64,000 nt of DNA from NCBI RefSeq assembly GCF_000485595.1, contig NW_014577088.1:796876-860875 (forward strand). Direction: 5' to 3'. The stretch is from Priapulus caudatus. Taxonomy: Eukaryota. The notes under the pieces were generated by a model. It was not told the origin of the DNA and ran no database searches. It saw nothing but the letters and a program-made list of their open reading frames with translations. The position numbers and the translations under genes were made by a program. Positions 1-29,700 of the stretch are shown here, piece after piece; within the stretch, counting starts at the first letter, position 1, and each line of letters opens with the position of its first letter.

Positions 1-85
<85 letters not shown>
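1..85. repeat. (GA)n microsatellite
   Basis: Direct reading. Confidence 0.95.
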
Positions 86-87
<2 letters not shown>

Positions 88-544
88 CACGTGCGTGCGT
101 ACGTGCGCGGCCTGCATGTTACGATCTCTAACAACAATCTCATCTAATCTCAATTTCGATAAGGTATAATTTGTAATTAGAAATTGCCCACTCGATGATT
201 ATTTTCATCGCGTCGTTTGCGTGTCGTAATTGCGTTTGCATTCTCATCTGACGTGCTATTGTCTCCGGATGTACGCAACCTAATTCCCCGTGACTCGTGC
301 GTTGTCGCACAAAAGTAGTCAATTTGATTTTCGTACACAGCTATATATCTCGTCAAAGAAATTTCCATTTAGTTTTTGCGTGCGCAGATTCTTTCTTACA
401 TATTGTAGACGGATCGACATGGCTGACGGCGGTCCTGCTTGCCACTACAGACGTATATACGTAATGAAAACCCAAGGCGTATGAGGGGATGTAAGGGGTA
501 AAGTGATGCGGCTAGTCTATCGAGATGCTTGGTTTGAGACCTGG

Positions 545-1240
545 GTAGTAACATGTAGTGGGTAGTAAGTATACTGAGTAGTAATCTGTAGTAGGTAGTA
601 AGTACTGAGTAGTAAGCTGCAGTATAGGTAGTAAGTACTGAGTAGTAAGCTGTAGTATAGGCAGTAAGTATTGAGTAGTAAGCTGTAGTAGGTAGTAAGT
701 ACTGAGTAGTAAGCTGTAGTAGGTAGTAAGTACTGAGTAGTAAGCTGTAGTAGGTAGTAAGTACTGAGTAGCAAGCTGTACTAGGTAGTAAGTACTGAGT
801 AGTAAGCTGTAGTAGGTAGTAAGTACTGAGTAGTAAGCTGTAGTAGGTAGTAAGTACTGAGTAGTAAGCTGTAGTGGGTAGTAAGTACTGAGTAGTAAGC
901 TGTAGTAGGTAGTAAGTACTGAGTAGTAAGCTGTAGTAGGTAGTAAGTACTGAGTAGTAAGCTGTAGTAGGTAGTAAGTACTGAGTAGTAAGCTGTAGTA
1001 GGTAGTAAGTACTGAGTAGTAAGCTGTAGTGGGTAGTAAGTACTGAGTAGTAAGCTGTAGTAGGTAGTAAGTACTGAGTAGTAAGCTGTAGTAGGTAGTA
1101 AGTACTGAGTAGTAACCTGTAGTAGGTAGTACGTACTGAGTAGTAACCTGTAGTAGGTAGTACGTACTGAGTAGTAACCTGTAGTAGGTAGTAAGTACTG
1201 AGTAGTTACCTGTAGTAGGTAGAAAATACTGAGTAGTAAG
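545..1240. repeat. Minisatellite, 31-bp unit, about 20 copies
   Basis: Unit gtaggtagtaagtactgagtagtaagctgta. Confidence 0.95.
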
Positions 1241-2666
1241 CTGAGTAGAGCTGAGAGAAGTTTTTCATGTAGCGCGTATGAATGCGCTGAACGAAAACTG
1301 CAGGTGAAGCCAGAGCTCTTCCGTCAACTGATTCCCGTCTGGACGGCGCCGACGATGCAGCTTTCCGAGTCTATTTTAGCCGCTGTTGTCATTATCCGTC
1401 GGCCATTAAAAGCGACGACAGGCGTGCCTAGTTGACGCGTCGCTGAGATTAATTCCGGCAACTATCCTAGAGTAGAGACTGCGATGTTCAACAGTATAGA
1501 GCAAGCGAACTGAAGAGGGCATTCTCGAGGCCGAGTTTAACACATTATCGAGCGGAGATCGATCAAGAAGCGATGTCGCTTGAATTGTTAGCTCGCCTCG
1601 AAAGGCAGCTGTGTGTGGAAATGAACGTTTCTCAACACTATTCTTCCCGCTGCTCCTAGCTCCCGCCGCGTATGCTAATCAGTTCGGCATTATTGTAAGT
1701 ACGTTACACTACGCCGCGCGCTACGCCTGATGCTTTGTCAATTTTCACTGTTGTGTTTCTGATGATTTTAAACCCTAGGAAAAGCCGCGCATTCTAGCTG
1801 TTTCGTGAAAAGAATAGAGAGTTGGCGATTACGATGTCCGTGGAGAATTAAAGACGCTTAATTTTGATTTAGGCGATTGCCGGCTAGCCACAAATATGTT
1901 ACTTCAGAACTGACGCAAGTGGTCGATTTTGGATTAACTTCACTAGTTGTGTGGAAGTTGCCGCTGCAGCTTGTTTGCGCCCTGCTGTTACACGTTGCTT
2001 CAGGGCTATAGCGTGACTGATGAAGTTGCTGTGCGTGCGTTCTATGTGTGCTGATGCGTTACTGAGGTTTATGCTTTTAATTTATCATGACCTCGGACTA
2101 TAAATAATACCGGCATTCTGCTGCTGGGTGCAAAGCGGAAACCTAAGGAATGCGATCAGATATTAATTAAAGGCTGTCATTCTTATGGAGCGTGGAACGA
2201 TATGTATACTTTGATGACAATGTTCTGCATGCATCGCCGTATAACTATTAGCAAATTTATTATCAACTTTACCGTTACCATATCCTGAGACATTAAAACG
2301 CGTGTTGCTACTTACGATGTATTACGTGCGTCTTTACCTTAACGCTATATCAAGGAATAGTTCAACAGTTGGAACCATAGAAAATAAGAACAACTAAAAC
2401 AACTATCGAGCTAATTACGGGAGCAGGCACAATAGGAAATTCCTGACTCAATATACGGCACATTCAAGACACCTAGAATTTCACCCACCATAGTCCTTTT
2501 CAGCGGGTTCTAGTCCTCTATACCTGTGTGTATCGCCGACATGATCATGCATGTAATGTTGTGAACATATCGTAGAAGATCCTCGGGGATCCCGGAAGAT
2601 AAGATAACTGGCAGACGAACGAACAGACGGACAGATAGCTACACAGACATTTTCGTCCACTAAATG

Positions 2667-2905
2667 CACTGTCGGGAGAACAACACGCCTCGCTCACTCA
2701 CTCACATTACCACTCTCTCTGTCTCTACTGCAAACACTGTCGGGAGAACAACACGCCTCGCTCACTCACTCACATTACCACTCTCTCTGTCTCTACTGCG
2801 AANNNNNNNNNNCTCGCTCACTCACTCACATTACCACTCTCTCTGTCTCTACTGCAAACACTGTCGGGAGAACAACGCGCCTCGCTCACTCACTCAGATT
2901 ACCAC
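2667..2905. repeat. Tandem repeat, about 68-bp unit, just upstream of the GPCR splice acceptor (contains a short N gap)
   Basis: cactgtcgggagaacaacacgcctcgctcactcactcacattaccactctctctgtctctactgcaaa repeated. Confidence 0.9.
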
Positions 2906-2940
2906 TTACTCTCTCTCTCTCTCTCCATGCACGCTTGCAG

Positions 2941-17883
<14,943 letters not shown>

Positions 17884-18000
17884 TCGGGGTACGGACGAGA
17901 GCGAAGACGAAGGGTTAAAGTTCGCGATGTTCACAAAAACGCACATTAGTGCCGATTTTCGCCGACCGTCTGGTCGAATCCTTGCATCAGTGACAAACGG

Positions 18001-18152
18001 CATGATGTGAATGACCGCCGACATGATGTGAATGACCGCCGACATGATGTGATTGATCACCGACATGATGTGAATGACCGCCGACATGATGTGATTGATC
18101 ACCGACATGATGTGAATAACCACCGACATGATGTGACCGAACACCGACATGA
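18001..18152. repeat. 21-bp tandem repeat in the presumed GPCR 3' UTR
   Basis: catgatgtgaatgaccgccga, about 7 copies. Confidence 0.9.
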
Positions 18153-19784
18153 TACATAGTTGCATGTACCATGTTACATGACGGGTGGGTTTGCAGGCGC
18201 GGTGGACTGATCCTTGATATGACGCACTGACCGTCCTTCACGATGGTCTGACCACTGATACGATGGATTGACCGCCGACACGATTGGCTGACCATTGATA
18301 CGATAGATTGACTGCCGACACGATGGACGGACCGCTGACATGATTAGGTTTAATATATATATAAAATATAAAGACTGGTCATTGATACGACAGGGCTGAC
18401 GACCGATAGGATCACAGGGCGACTGGCTGGCGGCAGCTAACACGCTGGGCCGATCGCTGACATGGTCGACTCAATATAAATATTAGAGGGCCCAGCTAAA
18501 ACTCACACATCGGGGCCGAGTACTCGTACGATAAGGTTGTCACTGATATGGACTGGCTCAGCACTATTACGATGACGTGCTCCGTTCTGGCGTCATCACA
18601 TAATCGATGATCGAAAGCATTTAAGTCTTTATCGCTCTCGCATTTAGCTTTCTCAAATACGATAAAAATTGTTATCGCCGGCGCGATGGGACGGCAGTTT
18701 CACGAACCGTTGCCGTTAAGATTTCAGCCGCCTCGTCTAGTCACGCTATCTAGTCAAGGTCATCGTGGAAACGAGGATCTCAACGATGGTCAGCTTCACC
18801 GAACATGCTTGAAGCCGGTAAAAAACGGGAATTTTTAGTTAGAATAGTATAGGTTTTTCGGCTTGCCACCTCCTTTCTCTCCCTCGCTCGCCACTTCCCC
18901 GCCATCTCTTTCTTTCTTTCTTTCACTCATTAATTCATTCACTCATTCATTCATTCTTTCTTTCTTTCTTTCTCTCTCTCATGCTTGATCTCCCCCTCTC
19001 TCGACCACACGCCACCTCACCAGCTCTGGCTCGGTCACTGCCCCGTCTCACCTTTGCTTTCACCCCCTCTCTCTAGCGCGCGCTCTGTCGCTCTGTCCTC
19101 ATAACACAAGTGGTTTTCACTTTTCACACATTCCAAGCACAGAGTGGCGTCTATTAGTATATGCCATCAATGATGGTGTCTCATTTTCTTGTGCTCGTCG
19201 CACAATAAGCCACGATTAGTCATGAAATGCTTTTGCAACCCATATAAAAAGCGAGACAACCGCAGGCGAATGATTTTCTCCACACACCTCCACGATTTGC
19301 TTACACAACGCATATATATATATATATATATAGTATATATCAGTTTTACACCGGGCCTGGCTGTCCATAGTTTACCATAGTGTCCACCATTAACGTGTGC
19401 AAACCCACAGAAGGAATCCTGCCGTCTATACACATGACTGCGTACACAGTTACGACATACAGTAATGCAATTAATTTTGCAGTCGGTATCCATGACTGCT
19501 CCCACCAATGGCAATAGGTACAGCACGGGGTATTGAATTGATGAGGTTGCACCCATGTATTTGAATTGCATGGCGTTTGATACCACGGCAAATATTATTA
19601 TATCGTAGATGACATAATGAAACTCGCGTAACCACACATATTATATATATTGCTGTCAATTTTTTTACGTCGCACCCACCTGCTTATTGATGATATTAAA
19701 GCTGCATATGCCTATAGTTTCTCCTAGGTATACAAACGCTAAATCTATTGCAGCGAGCTCATTGCACTCACTGCGCGTCATGAT

Positions 19785-19815
<31 letters not shown>

Positions 19816-19817
19816 AT

Positions 19818-19857
19818 CAAGAGTCCATAATAGACAATTTTCTATTATGGACTCTTG
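19818..19857. mobile_element. 40-bp hairpin mini-element, CA..TG termini, 7-bp TSD (ATATAAT)
   Basis: atataat|caagagtccataataga caattt tctattatggactcttg|atataat. Confidence 0.7.
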
Positions 19858-19965
19858 ATATAATGTTAAGGCGTAGTTTTACAACGGTAACGCCGAAGGC
19901 AGGCGTATCTCGTGATACCCCCTGTAATTACGGCGCAGTTGTGATTCCTGCATGATATATAAAGG

Positions 19966-19999
<34 letters not shown>

Positions 20000-22780
20000 T
20001 GTATATAAACTATATATACATGCCCAGCTTCGTGTGAGTGGTGCTGGTTACTGCGAGACACATTTATTTCTTCTTGCGCGAATAATGGTATACAATAACC
20101 TAGAGAAACGTGAGGCTTGAATGACAGACACGCACGCACGCACCCATGCATGCACGCAACATGCAAACACGCGCGTATGCACGGACAGACAAACGGACGG
20201 GCGGACTATGGATGGACCGGAAACACCACACACCACACACACACACACAACCACACACAGCACACGCCACACGCACACGACCGCACCACGACCCACACGC
20301 AACACGCACACGCCACACCGCACACGCACGCACGCACACACGCACGCACGCACGCACACACACACACACACACGCGCGCGTGCGCGCGCGCGCACTCGCG
20401 CACATTTACGCACGCATGCACGTGATTATCATGTGCATCAACGTCTTTAGAAACTGTTTTTCGGAAATTTGAGCGTTTCTTAATCAGCTGTTTGATCGGT
20501 TAGGTTATTTACATCATTACGTTAAGTCAAGTAAGCGAGTAATTTTTTTTACATAACTACGTCATCAACGGCGTGTTTTCTATATGCGTCCATGCCCAGG
20601 AAAAATTTAAGCAAGTTACAATCGAGATGAGCAGAATGTTCAGTGTGAAAATGGCAACTGTGAGTTAATAGGTTTAGAAGCAATATATGCTAACTTTATT
20701 CGGGGGACTTGTTGTATGTAAGACTTATAACCGCTGTATAAGTGCATTAAATTTAAAATTTCCTAGGATTCCTATAACATACATACAAGAAATTTAAGGC
20801 ATAGATGTTTCTGTATATTATGTAACCGTGTGTGTGAGTTTGTGAGTATGCGCGCGTGTATAGGGTGGGTGTGTTCTAGAAATGATCATCTTGCGAACGG
20901 CCTATATATTCAGCCACTAGATTCGTAATGTTCATTAGAGTCGCGTAGTTTTTCATTACGTCCGATGATTAATAACGCCATGATCATAATTTCTAAATAT
21001 ATGTTTTAGGACCATACATGTGGATATGGAGAGTCGAGTCAGATTTGAGTATAGGGGCTATTCTATCTTACGTATAGTTTCATATTATCGGAATATATGC
21101 GGTATACATTTAAAACTAGACTTACATACTCACGTCAGTTTAATTAATGAATAAATACCTAAGATTACCTAATAAATAACTCAGCGGTGGTACTTGGCTT
21201 ATAAAAGATGGACGTGCCGTTCGAATGGGGAACAAGCCCAGTACTCGCGGATGTGTACGCCCATAAATGTGAATATAGTGTTTGTCATGTGCGCTCGATA
21301 TGAAGTCATGAAGTATGAAGAGTGTAAAGTGAAGATGAATAAAATTCCATTTTTGAAATCCCCATCTTATGTGTTCTGAGTGATAGCAGAGGACTGCCGA
21401 AGGAAATGACATGACAGAGAAATGGTAAAATCAGGGAAATTTGACAATTATTTGTTGCTGACTACACGAGTTTAGATTTTACACGAGAACAGACTTTAAA
21501 CTGATTTTGAATGGCCGATGAGAATAAATTTGTATAATAGCCGGAGGTTGGTAGCTATTACTACAGCAACCGGCGGTGTCACATAGTACGCTAGGATACC
21601 AGGATATCATTTGCTAAGAGGGATGTGGCGTAGCATTTTCTAACATCTGTAAAGGCTTGAATAGGATAACCGGACCTGGCGAGGGCGAGAATACGATTGT
21701 CACGTTGGGAAAGAAGCACAAAGTCAGATTGTCAGCGGAGGGAGAAAACAACGTCTGAAAAGATGCGACTGTTATTATAGAGCGACTACTTAGCAACAGT
21801 TCGACTCCTCATAATAATTACGAAACATAATCACCAGACGGAAGTTAGCGTCGGAATGCTGCATCGTTTTATTAACCAGAACCGGCTTACAAGCAAACAT
21901 TCATAGATTACCAGCACTGACCAAACTGCAGCGCACATGCTACTTCTTATACATCGTGGTCGACCGGCATTATGTGTGACATTCACAAAACTATACAGTA
22001 ACGGCGTGCGCTGACCACCTAATCCTCCCGGTTCTGCACTAACTGTGAAGCTCACAATCGAAGACTAATCGCGCAGGTGCAGGTAAATCTAGTACAGTGT
22101 AGTAGTAACAACAGATATACCCAAACGAAATTAGTATTCTGACTTTACTGGTACGCTGTCGGTGCAAACAGTCATTGTAACGCTAACACTGATGACGCTC
22201 AGATTGTCCGGAGAAGAGTACCGACACGCGCCGTACTAACATTTCCACTTGTGTCTCGACAAGTATATATTAAATGTAAAATTAACGTCAACGAGTAAAA
22301 TCGTAGCTGCACGAGAGACAGCAAAACACTTCGTAAAGAATAAAATGTCCCCTTCAACACATTAAAAAAGAGCAAAAACACACCGGCAACGTAAAAGTTG
22401 ACAGTTCTCAACATCACTCGAAAATGTATAACATTATTACACGTCTCGCTATCGTACAATAATAGAATAATACAGTAGAAGTGAAAAAATTTACAGGGCA
22501 TATCAGCGTGTGTACACCGCCTCCCTCCCCCCGAGTCTGCGAGAAACACCTCTTGGAACAAACAAACACGCACAGACGCACGCACGCGCGCACGCATACA
22601 CACAGACGCGTGCGCGCGCGCACACACAGACGCGTATATATATATATATATATAGCTGAAACAGGAGAAACGCTCGCTTATACAAGGAAGAAGAAGCACA
22701 GCCGCATCTACGGTCAGGGAAAGATCAGGAGGAACTGCATTGTGGCATAAGTAGGATCACACATATATATCCCTCTCTCT

Positions 22781-22836
<56 letters not shown>

Positions 22837-24564
22837 AATATATAAATATATCTATTTATGCCTCCGTTGGCCGGGACTGTGACCACGCTCACGTGTCCTA
22901 TTCCCCGCTTCAGCGGAGGCATTGTAAGGTCGAATCTATAGTACATCGCTCCCTTCAAACAGAAGAGAAACAATCGCGTATCTCGTAAGTTGCACGTCAT
23001 GCACCGAAGCCTGGCAGGTGCTAATTCCCGCTGGACTATAAAGGTACTGAGCATCGATTACCTAACAGTGACTAAAGCCATGGATGCATGCATTGACATG
23101 TATATATATATATACGTAGATGCAGTGACGAGCTTCAGCGGCGTATACTACTCATTGTAAGAACAACTGGCGACTCGGGTATTGATATCACAAGCATCGT
23201 CGGTGCCGTCAACGACGTCGGCTACAGCGCACTCGTTCTCCGCAAAGAAATTCATACAAATCAGTGTCTCCACGATAGTCTTTATTTACAACAATAGCGA
23301 TAGAAAGCTGCATGTGAGCGACACACGGCATCACGAACAAACCTACCTGTGCTCTTCAACAAAAGCTACGCCCGCGAGAGTACTGCTACATACACATCCC
23401 CTGTTAAATTTCACAAGTATAACGTGCAATGTACGTAGGGGGCTACCACATATACCACTACACTGCCTCTACGACGTTCCCAGGAATGCTAAGGCCATAT
23501 GATTATTAACTACGAGGACCTTTAATGCTGAAGGATAGACAGTCATGTTCAGACCGTTATTACCGACCGCTCGAGAATGGTAACGAATTTATTCAAAAGT
23601 TGGTGGTCAATTCGAATCTTTTCTCAGACAAAGAAAGCACCGACGTTCATAAACACCTAATCGCTCTGCCAATACAGAACGCCGTAACCGTTTCCAAACT
23701 CTCGTAAAATGTTACTAACAGCAGATGGTGGAAAGAAAAAGGCATAACATCGAGTTACATGTATACATGCTGAGTAGCCAGAGTATGGCTGCAGCCATGG
23801 CCGTAGCCTGCCGCTGTGTCCCAGTCATGGTGTCTGAGAGCCTGTCTATACCAGGGTGCGTGCGCACACCAGACCATTCCCCTCTCCCGCTGGTCGTGCG
23901 CAAAAAACAGCAATTCGATTTTCACCAAGTCGAGTTGTGCAGTGGTAGAACGCCACGCACGTCATTCTTGGCTATGCTCACCGGATGCAACGGCAGGTAA
24001 CCGAAGCCGCCGCCCTGCTTAATATGACAAGCATGCCTTGACCAGGGCGAGAGGTGCAATGGCCTGCTGCTATACACCCTAGGATATCAATCAATAATAT
24101 ATTATTAATAATTATGATAATGATAATAATAACATCCTATATTAGGAGTAAACAGACGCGTAGGCAAGGGTGCACCACAGGAAGGACAATTTATAGCTAC
24201 GGGTGAGCCATTAATATTTAGTGAGCTGTTCTAAACGACTTTACATCATGCTGCACACATTATCTTGGGGATTGAAGTTGCTGTGACAACCCTATTGTTT
24301 ATTTCATTTATCCACCCTTCATTTCGCTCTCACCCCATACTCTTTGTCGTCCACTCGCGTTCTCTGTCTTTCAACTCCTTATTCTCCGCCTCCTCTTTCA
24401 TTTTGTGATTTCATGTCTTCTCTCTCAGGCGCGCTTATACTGAATCACCGTATCTTCAATTCGCTTTACTCACTGCTCGTTTCGATCTCACCTTATGTTA
24501 CTGTTAATCACTTGCATCTCTCTCTTCTCTCTCTCTCTCTGTCTCTCTCTCTCTCACTCTCTCG

Positions 24565-24595
<31 letters not shown>

Positions 24596-24596
24596 T

Positions 24597-24633
<37 letters not shown>

Positions 24634-24676
24634 TTTCTCTCTCACTCTCTCTCTCCTCTTCTCTATTCTCGTCTCT

Positions 24677-24729
<53 letters not shown>

Positions 24730-26071
24730 GGCTCTCTTCTCACCATCACTAAATCATTTAATTACTCTAGCATATTTTGTTACGTGCAAACATTTTGATT
24801 TTCATCCGCGTAAGTTTACTCGTAATTAATCAATTACATTAATCCCTAATTGTAGCTAGGCTTACTGCTATATATAGTTGAGCAAAAATAACAACAGGTT
24901 GCCTTACACTACCTCGTCAAGACAAAAATACATACACACATTCTGCGTAAAATCGTAAGAAGGCGAAGAATGTAGGGGAACGTTACGAAGGTATCGTGGG
25001 GGGAAATAAATGCTTAATATAGGGGGTTGGAATAGAAACGGGGCGGGGAGTAATTAAGGGGTACACACGCACGCACGTACACATATGACATGATAAGACA
25101 ATAGGTGGGTAAGGGCAGGGTGGGGTGAGGAATATCTTGATACGGGTAGACAAAAAGGGATAGAGGTGCTTGCTAGCTTCACCCTAGCGCTGTAACAGCA
25201 ACTTCAAGTTACCAAGCATGGGGTACGTTCAGATGCCTCTGTGAGGAAGTATCGTCTAGCAATGATGATTCTACAGGAAACTACATAAAAAGAAAACACG
25301 TAGCCTATCCGTTAGGCGCCACAAATTACATCGATAGATACCAAGATTTGCATACTGCAATGGCAGGTTTCCATCATTACAAAGACATATAAAACAGCAA
25401 GAAAATACACACCTTATTGTTAGAAACCCAACGATTGCATGAATTATTTATTACTTCCGGTTATATGATGACGATGGTAGCATTGTCTACCCAACTGTCC
25501 AGTTTTATCCTCGTTCCTAGTGAATTCCACAGAGCCCAGCTCTGCTGAAGATTGATATCACCGAACTATACCGGCTCTGCTAAAAGAACTCCTCAAGATA
25601 TCAGAAGCCAGTGCTATGTATTTCACTGCTGATGCCTTGCCCCATACGAACATATCACAGTTCTCTTCTATATGCATGCCTGCTCTCCATTGACGAGGAT
25701 CAATCCAATTCCAACATTCCTTGGTTTAGCGCCATTTACGTGTATAGCATCAACCACTGCCTTTGCTCTTAGCCTGCCTCTAGGAAAAATTGGGCATGAA
25801 ATAGGGCTAAATTACATCAAATATAGCCGTGGCTGCCAGCAAACTCCGATTTCATACAGCCATCATAGCAACTGATGGGTGAATTTTTGCCAGATTGCTG
25901 CACATCAAATCTGACAATGTAACCACGATGCAACAGTTCTGTCACAGCCCGGCAAGTAACCCTCAGGTATCCCCACCAGTGGTCTCACTCCTGCTGCTTC
26001 CATCGAAGCGACGAGGCTACGTTCTGCACCGACATCAGTGTCATCGTTCACAAATACACCAGCAGGTGTTC

Positions 26072-26212
26072 TCACAACTTCGTGGATTCAATCGCATTGG
26101 GAATGAGCTGTGATTCATTAGCATTGTCTGAGCTACCGACTCCTTCCTGACTGTATTCAGCAAGCACCTCCTGTAACTTGTCATCCACCTCTTTCTCCAG
26201 GCCCAAGCGTGT
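26072..26212 (-). CDS. PLCB: PLC-beta last coding exon
   Basis: [46 protein letters not shown]. Confidence 0.85.
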   Translation of the reverse strand, partial: TRLGLEKEVDDKLQEVLAEYSQEGVGSSDNANESQLIPNAIESTKL

Positions 26213-26675
26213 CTGCAAACAAATGGATGGAATTTTTCTGTGACAACCTCGCACACGATCGTCAATCAAACACACAAATATTTCATGTAACACACATTCA
26301 ACGCAATTAACAGAGCTTTGACTTCCCCTGCAATCTTCCCCGTTGTGACAAATTATACTTGTTTCTACTACTGGCGACTGGAGGGTTTTCTAGTGTCCTA
26401 CATGCAAAATTTTTGACAACTACGTCAATTTGCACATGTAACCATGCCGTCTGAAATCTACTTGAGTCTCTCTTACACTAAGTTTCTCCCGTTCGAGCTG
26501 GTTGCTCAGTTCCTTGTAGGCTTCATCCTGCCGTTGCTTTGCTTTTTCGTATGCATCCAATAACTACAAGTACGAGGTAAGCATATAAGATGTCACATTC
26601 ACTTTCACAAAAACAAGATACATGCTTCTTCAAAAGCCTTCTATAAAAACAATGATTCATATCAAGTCAGATCTA

Positions 26676-26723
<48 letters not shown>

Positions 26724-29700
26724 TGACGTGTGGAATGAAAAAGCATACGGTGATACCATTGATGTCAGTCAGTTCCGTTTGTTAATATTTAAGTAATTGG
26801 TATATTTTGTTGTACGGTCTTGGTTATTTCTATTGATTCCATCCCGAGTGGAACATTTACTGCTTTGACAATAATGCGAATGACATAGGGATTGGTGGTT
26901 AACGATCACGTTGGGTGAAGCCTACCTTATGTCTCTCTGAGACGACCCTGTTGATTTGTTTCTGCTCGATCTCACGTTTTCGGCGCGAGATCTCTGCCTT
27001 GTCATTGCACGTTCTTGTTAGCTTCTTCTTCTCTTCACGACCTTGTCTCTGACTACGCTCCATCACAGCTGAGACTTCCCTACAAGTAGCCAGGCAGCGG
27101 TGGCATATTAGACATTTCTAAACCAAATAGTCTTAGCACACCTGACATTAAATTGACTACGTCACGAATTTTCTATGGTGATATTTGTAAACATATTGTT
27201 GCCATTTTTTTACATTAAAAGTAAGTACGAACGGGACTAAGTGTATCGTCAAATTCTTACCTGATAAGATTGTTTCTCAACTAGTTAAAAATCAACAAAA
27301 ACCTGGACGATTTCTATTATTATCCTGACATTAATTGCTTGATGTATGAGTCACAAGTGTATGTTTACATCGAACAATATAGGAATATCGGAAGTATAAT
27401 GCAGCAATTTAACCATAAAAAGTGATCAGAATTACTTACATTTTGTGAAAAAGTGGAAATATATTTTGTAGTTTTACTATTTACGGTGACGTAATCACTT
27501 TAATATACTACTAATATGAATTTAAATTGAGTTATTATTCATTCACTCTCTTGTTCTCCTCCCTAATTCGTCCTTTCTCCACTCTTTATCACTCTCTCTT
27601 TCTCTTTGTATGTCTCTTTATCTTTCGCGCATCCCATGTCCGCCGCTGTTTCTCCCGTTGCCTATGATTCTGCCGCTATATACTTTCGCTTGTTATAGTT
27701 TACGGTAAGCAGCATTTATACACAAAAAGCTCGAGATGCCGTATTAGGTCAAAAGGAAATCCTCTTATTTGTCTAGTGACACGAGCTGGTCCTACCTGTC
27801 ATGGAGGTTCTGCAAAGCCTTGTGCTGAGAGTGCAAGGAATTGTCCAGAAGTTTATCTAATGTGTCATAAAGCTGTGACAAGAAAAATCGTCAGTGATCA
27901 GCCACGAATAATTCGACAACGAATCATCACGTATATTCCTATCAACCCACACCCATCTGCATAATCACAAAGATCACAGCAATATGAAATATTATTTTAA
28001 AGAATAAATCAATTCTGATTTAGATCGTGGTTACGGGTAAGGAAACGAACTGAATGGAGGATCAGAGGATAAGTCAGATATGGCTCAGGTTGTGAGCGGG
28101 TTGAGCTATGAATGAGATCATGGGACTGGCCACGGATTCAAATATTGACCATGTTATGGGTTGGAACATATGTTAAAGTTAGGGTAAGGCCAGCATTATA
28201 TTGGCGTGATGGCCTTTGGGTCGGCTCGCAAGTGAGGTATTGGGTAGAATGTGGGTCTGTTATGGGTCAGTCACGGGTTAGGTTGCAAACATGGACACCG
28301 ACCAGAAATTGCCACGTTAGGAGCTTACGATTGTGTGGTGCTTGACGTGGACAGCCTTGAGGCTGCTGCTGAGGTCCTGACACAGACTGATCATCGACTG
28401 AGCATGCGTCTTGCGCAGCACCTGCATACGCTCATCGTGCATGATCTCCAGCTGAGTGAGCAACAACGTACGCTCCTGGTGCAGCTTCTCAGTCTCCCTA
28501 CAACACGCGTGTCGACACATCAGCGCACAAAATACAAACGAAAAGTGCGAGCAAAACCAAAATGCAGTTAGATTCAATGAGCCAAGCTGAACGCAAGGGC
28601 GCTCGACTCAATTACGCACGTTTCCGACTTCTGCTGTAACTTACTGGGCTGAGTCGGGTCGCACTTTCTTGAGAGATTTGTTGTGGCTTTTTTCCAGAGC
28701 AGACCTCTCTTTCGTCAATGCTGCCTTCATCTTTTCTTCTCTCTGCCTTCCCTGCTGCTGCCTCTCTTCGCGTATCTGCCAAAGAGTAAAACGAAATACA
28801 TGACTAAAAAATAAACTTGGTGAACTATGAATTAGCTATATACATGCGGGACCGAGATATTTAAGACATTAAATATTGCAGTCAATTTGGGAAAAGGTTA
28901 GTTGGTCAAGAAATTGAAACACGTTCGTTTCAGTATGAAACACTGAAGGAATATGCTAGAAAATAGAGTGTGAGAGCTAAAGATCTCAAGGATGCAATTG
29001 TGGTAAGAGGATAGTAGAGATTCATAGCCATAGCCTTCCTACCCGTTCATGTTGGGCCAACAGTTGCTGTATTTCTTTCTGTTGCTTCTGTGTAGCTTTA
29101 GCATAGTCCTTGTGTTCTTGTAAGCTTGCTAGAGAAGGTCCATTCAGCAACAAGGTCTCTGTAACAGGGAAATAAAATCTATACAAGTGACATTTACGTT
29201 TATGATTTATTACATGACATTTCATACGCTTACGTGCTCATTTAGCTGTTACATCTTAATGCATGTTCTAGCATACTCCTTACAGACCATTATAAACCAT
29301 TACATCATGCATCGATACAAACCTTACATAATTATATACTATCTTACGTTGCTACTTACATCATCACATCCTCATATTTGCGCATTTTATTCATGTTATT
29401 ATTACAATAAATCGGATAATACTAATTGAAAAACACATTGTATGGTTCAACATTTATGTGTTTGCTCCATATGAATCTTACCGATAGTTTCCTCTGTTAG
29501 AAATGTGCCATTCTCTGTGGGTGCCTCATTCACTGACCTCTGGGTTGAAACATTTGAGCCTGAAACCGTGCACAACATGACATCAACGCACAACATCACA
29601 TAAGAGTGAGCACGTGATAGTGAAAACGTCATTTGTTACTGTAATTTTTACTGCCCACAAGTATGAGCGTGAGGTTATTTTTCTAGGCATGTCCTCTACA

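Noticed and set aside
545..1240. Regular 31-bp array resembling a CRISPR locus (also 6878-7345 and 48098-48560)
   Set aside because: Head-to-tail units with no unique spacers, no cas genes and a eukaryotic context: these are mini/satellites
23182..24022. Short ORFs between the two genes
   Set aside because: No recognisable domain or consistent splice chain; probably UTR or intergenic
26072..26083. Peroxisomal PTS1 signal (TKL)
   Set aside because: Non-canonical for PTS1 and better explained by the PDZ ligand known in the PLC-beta family
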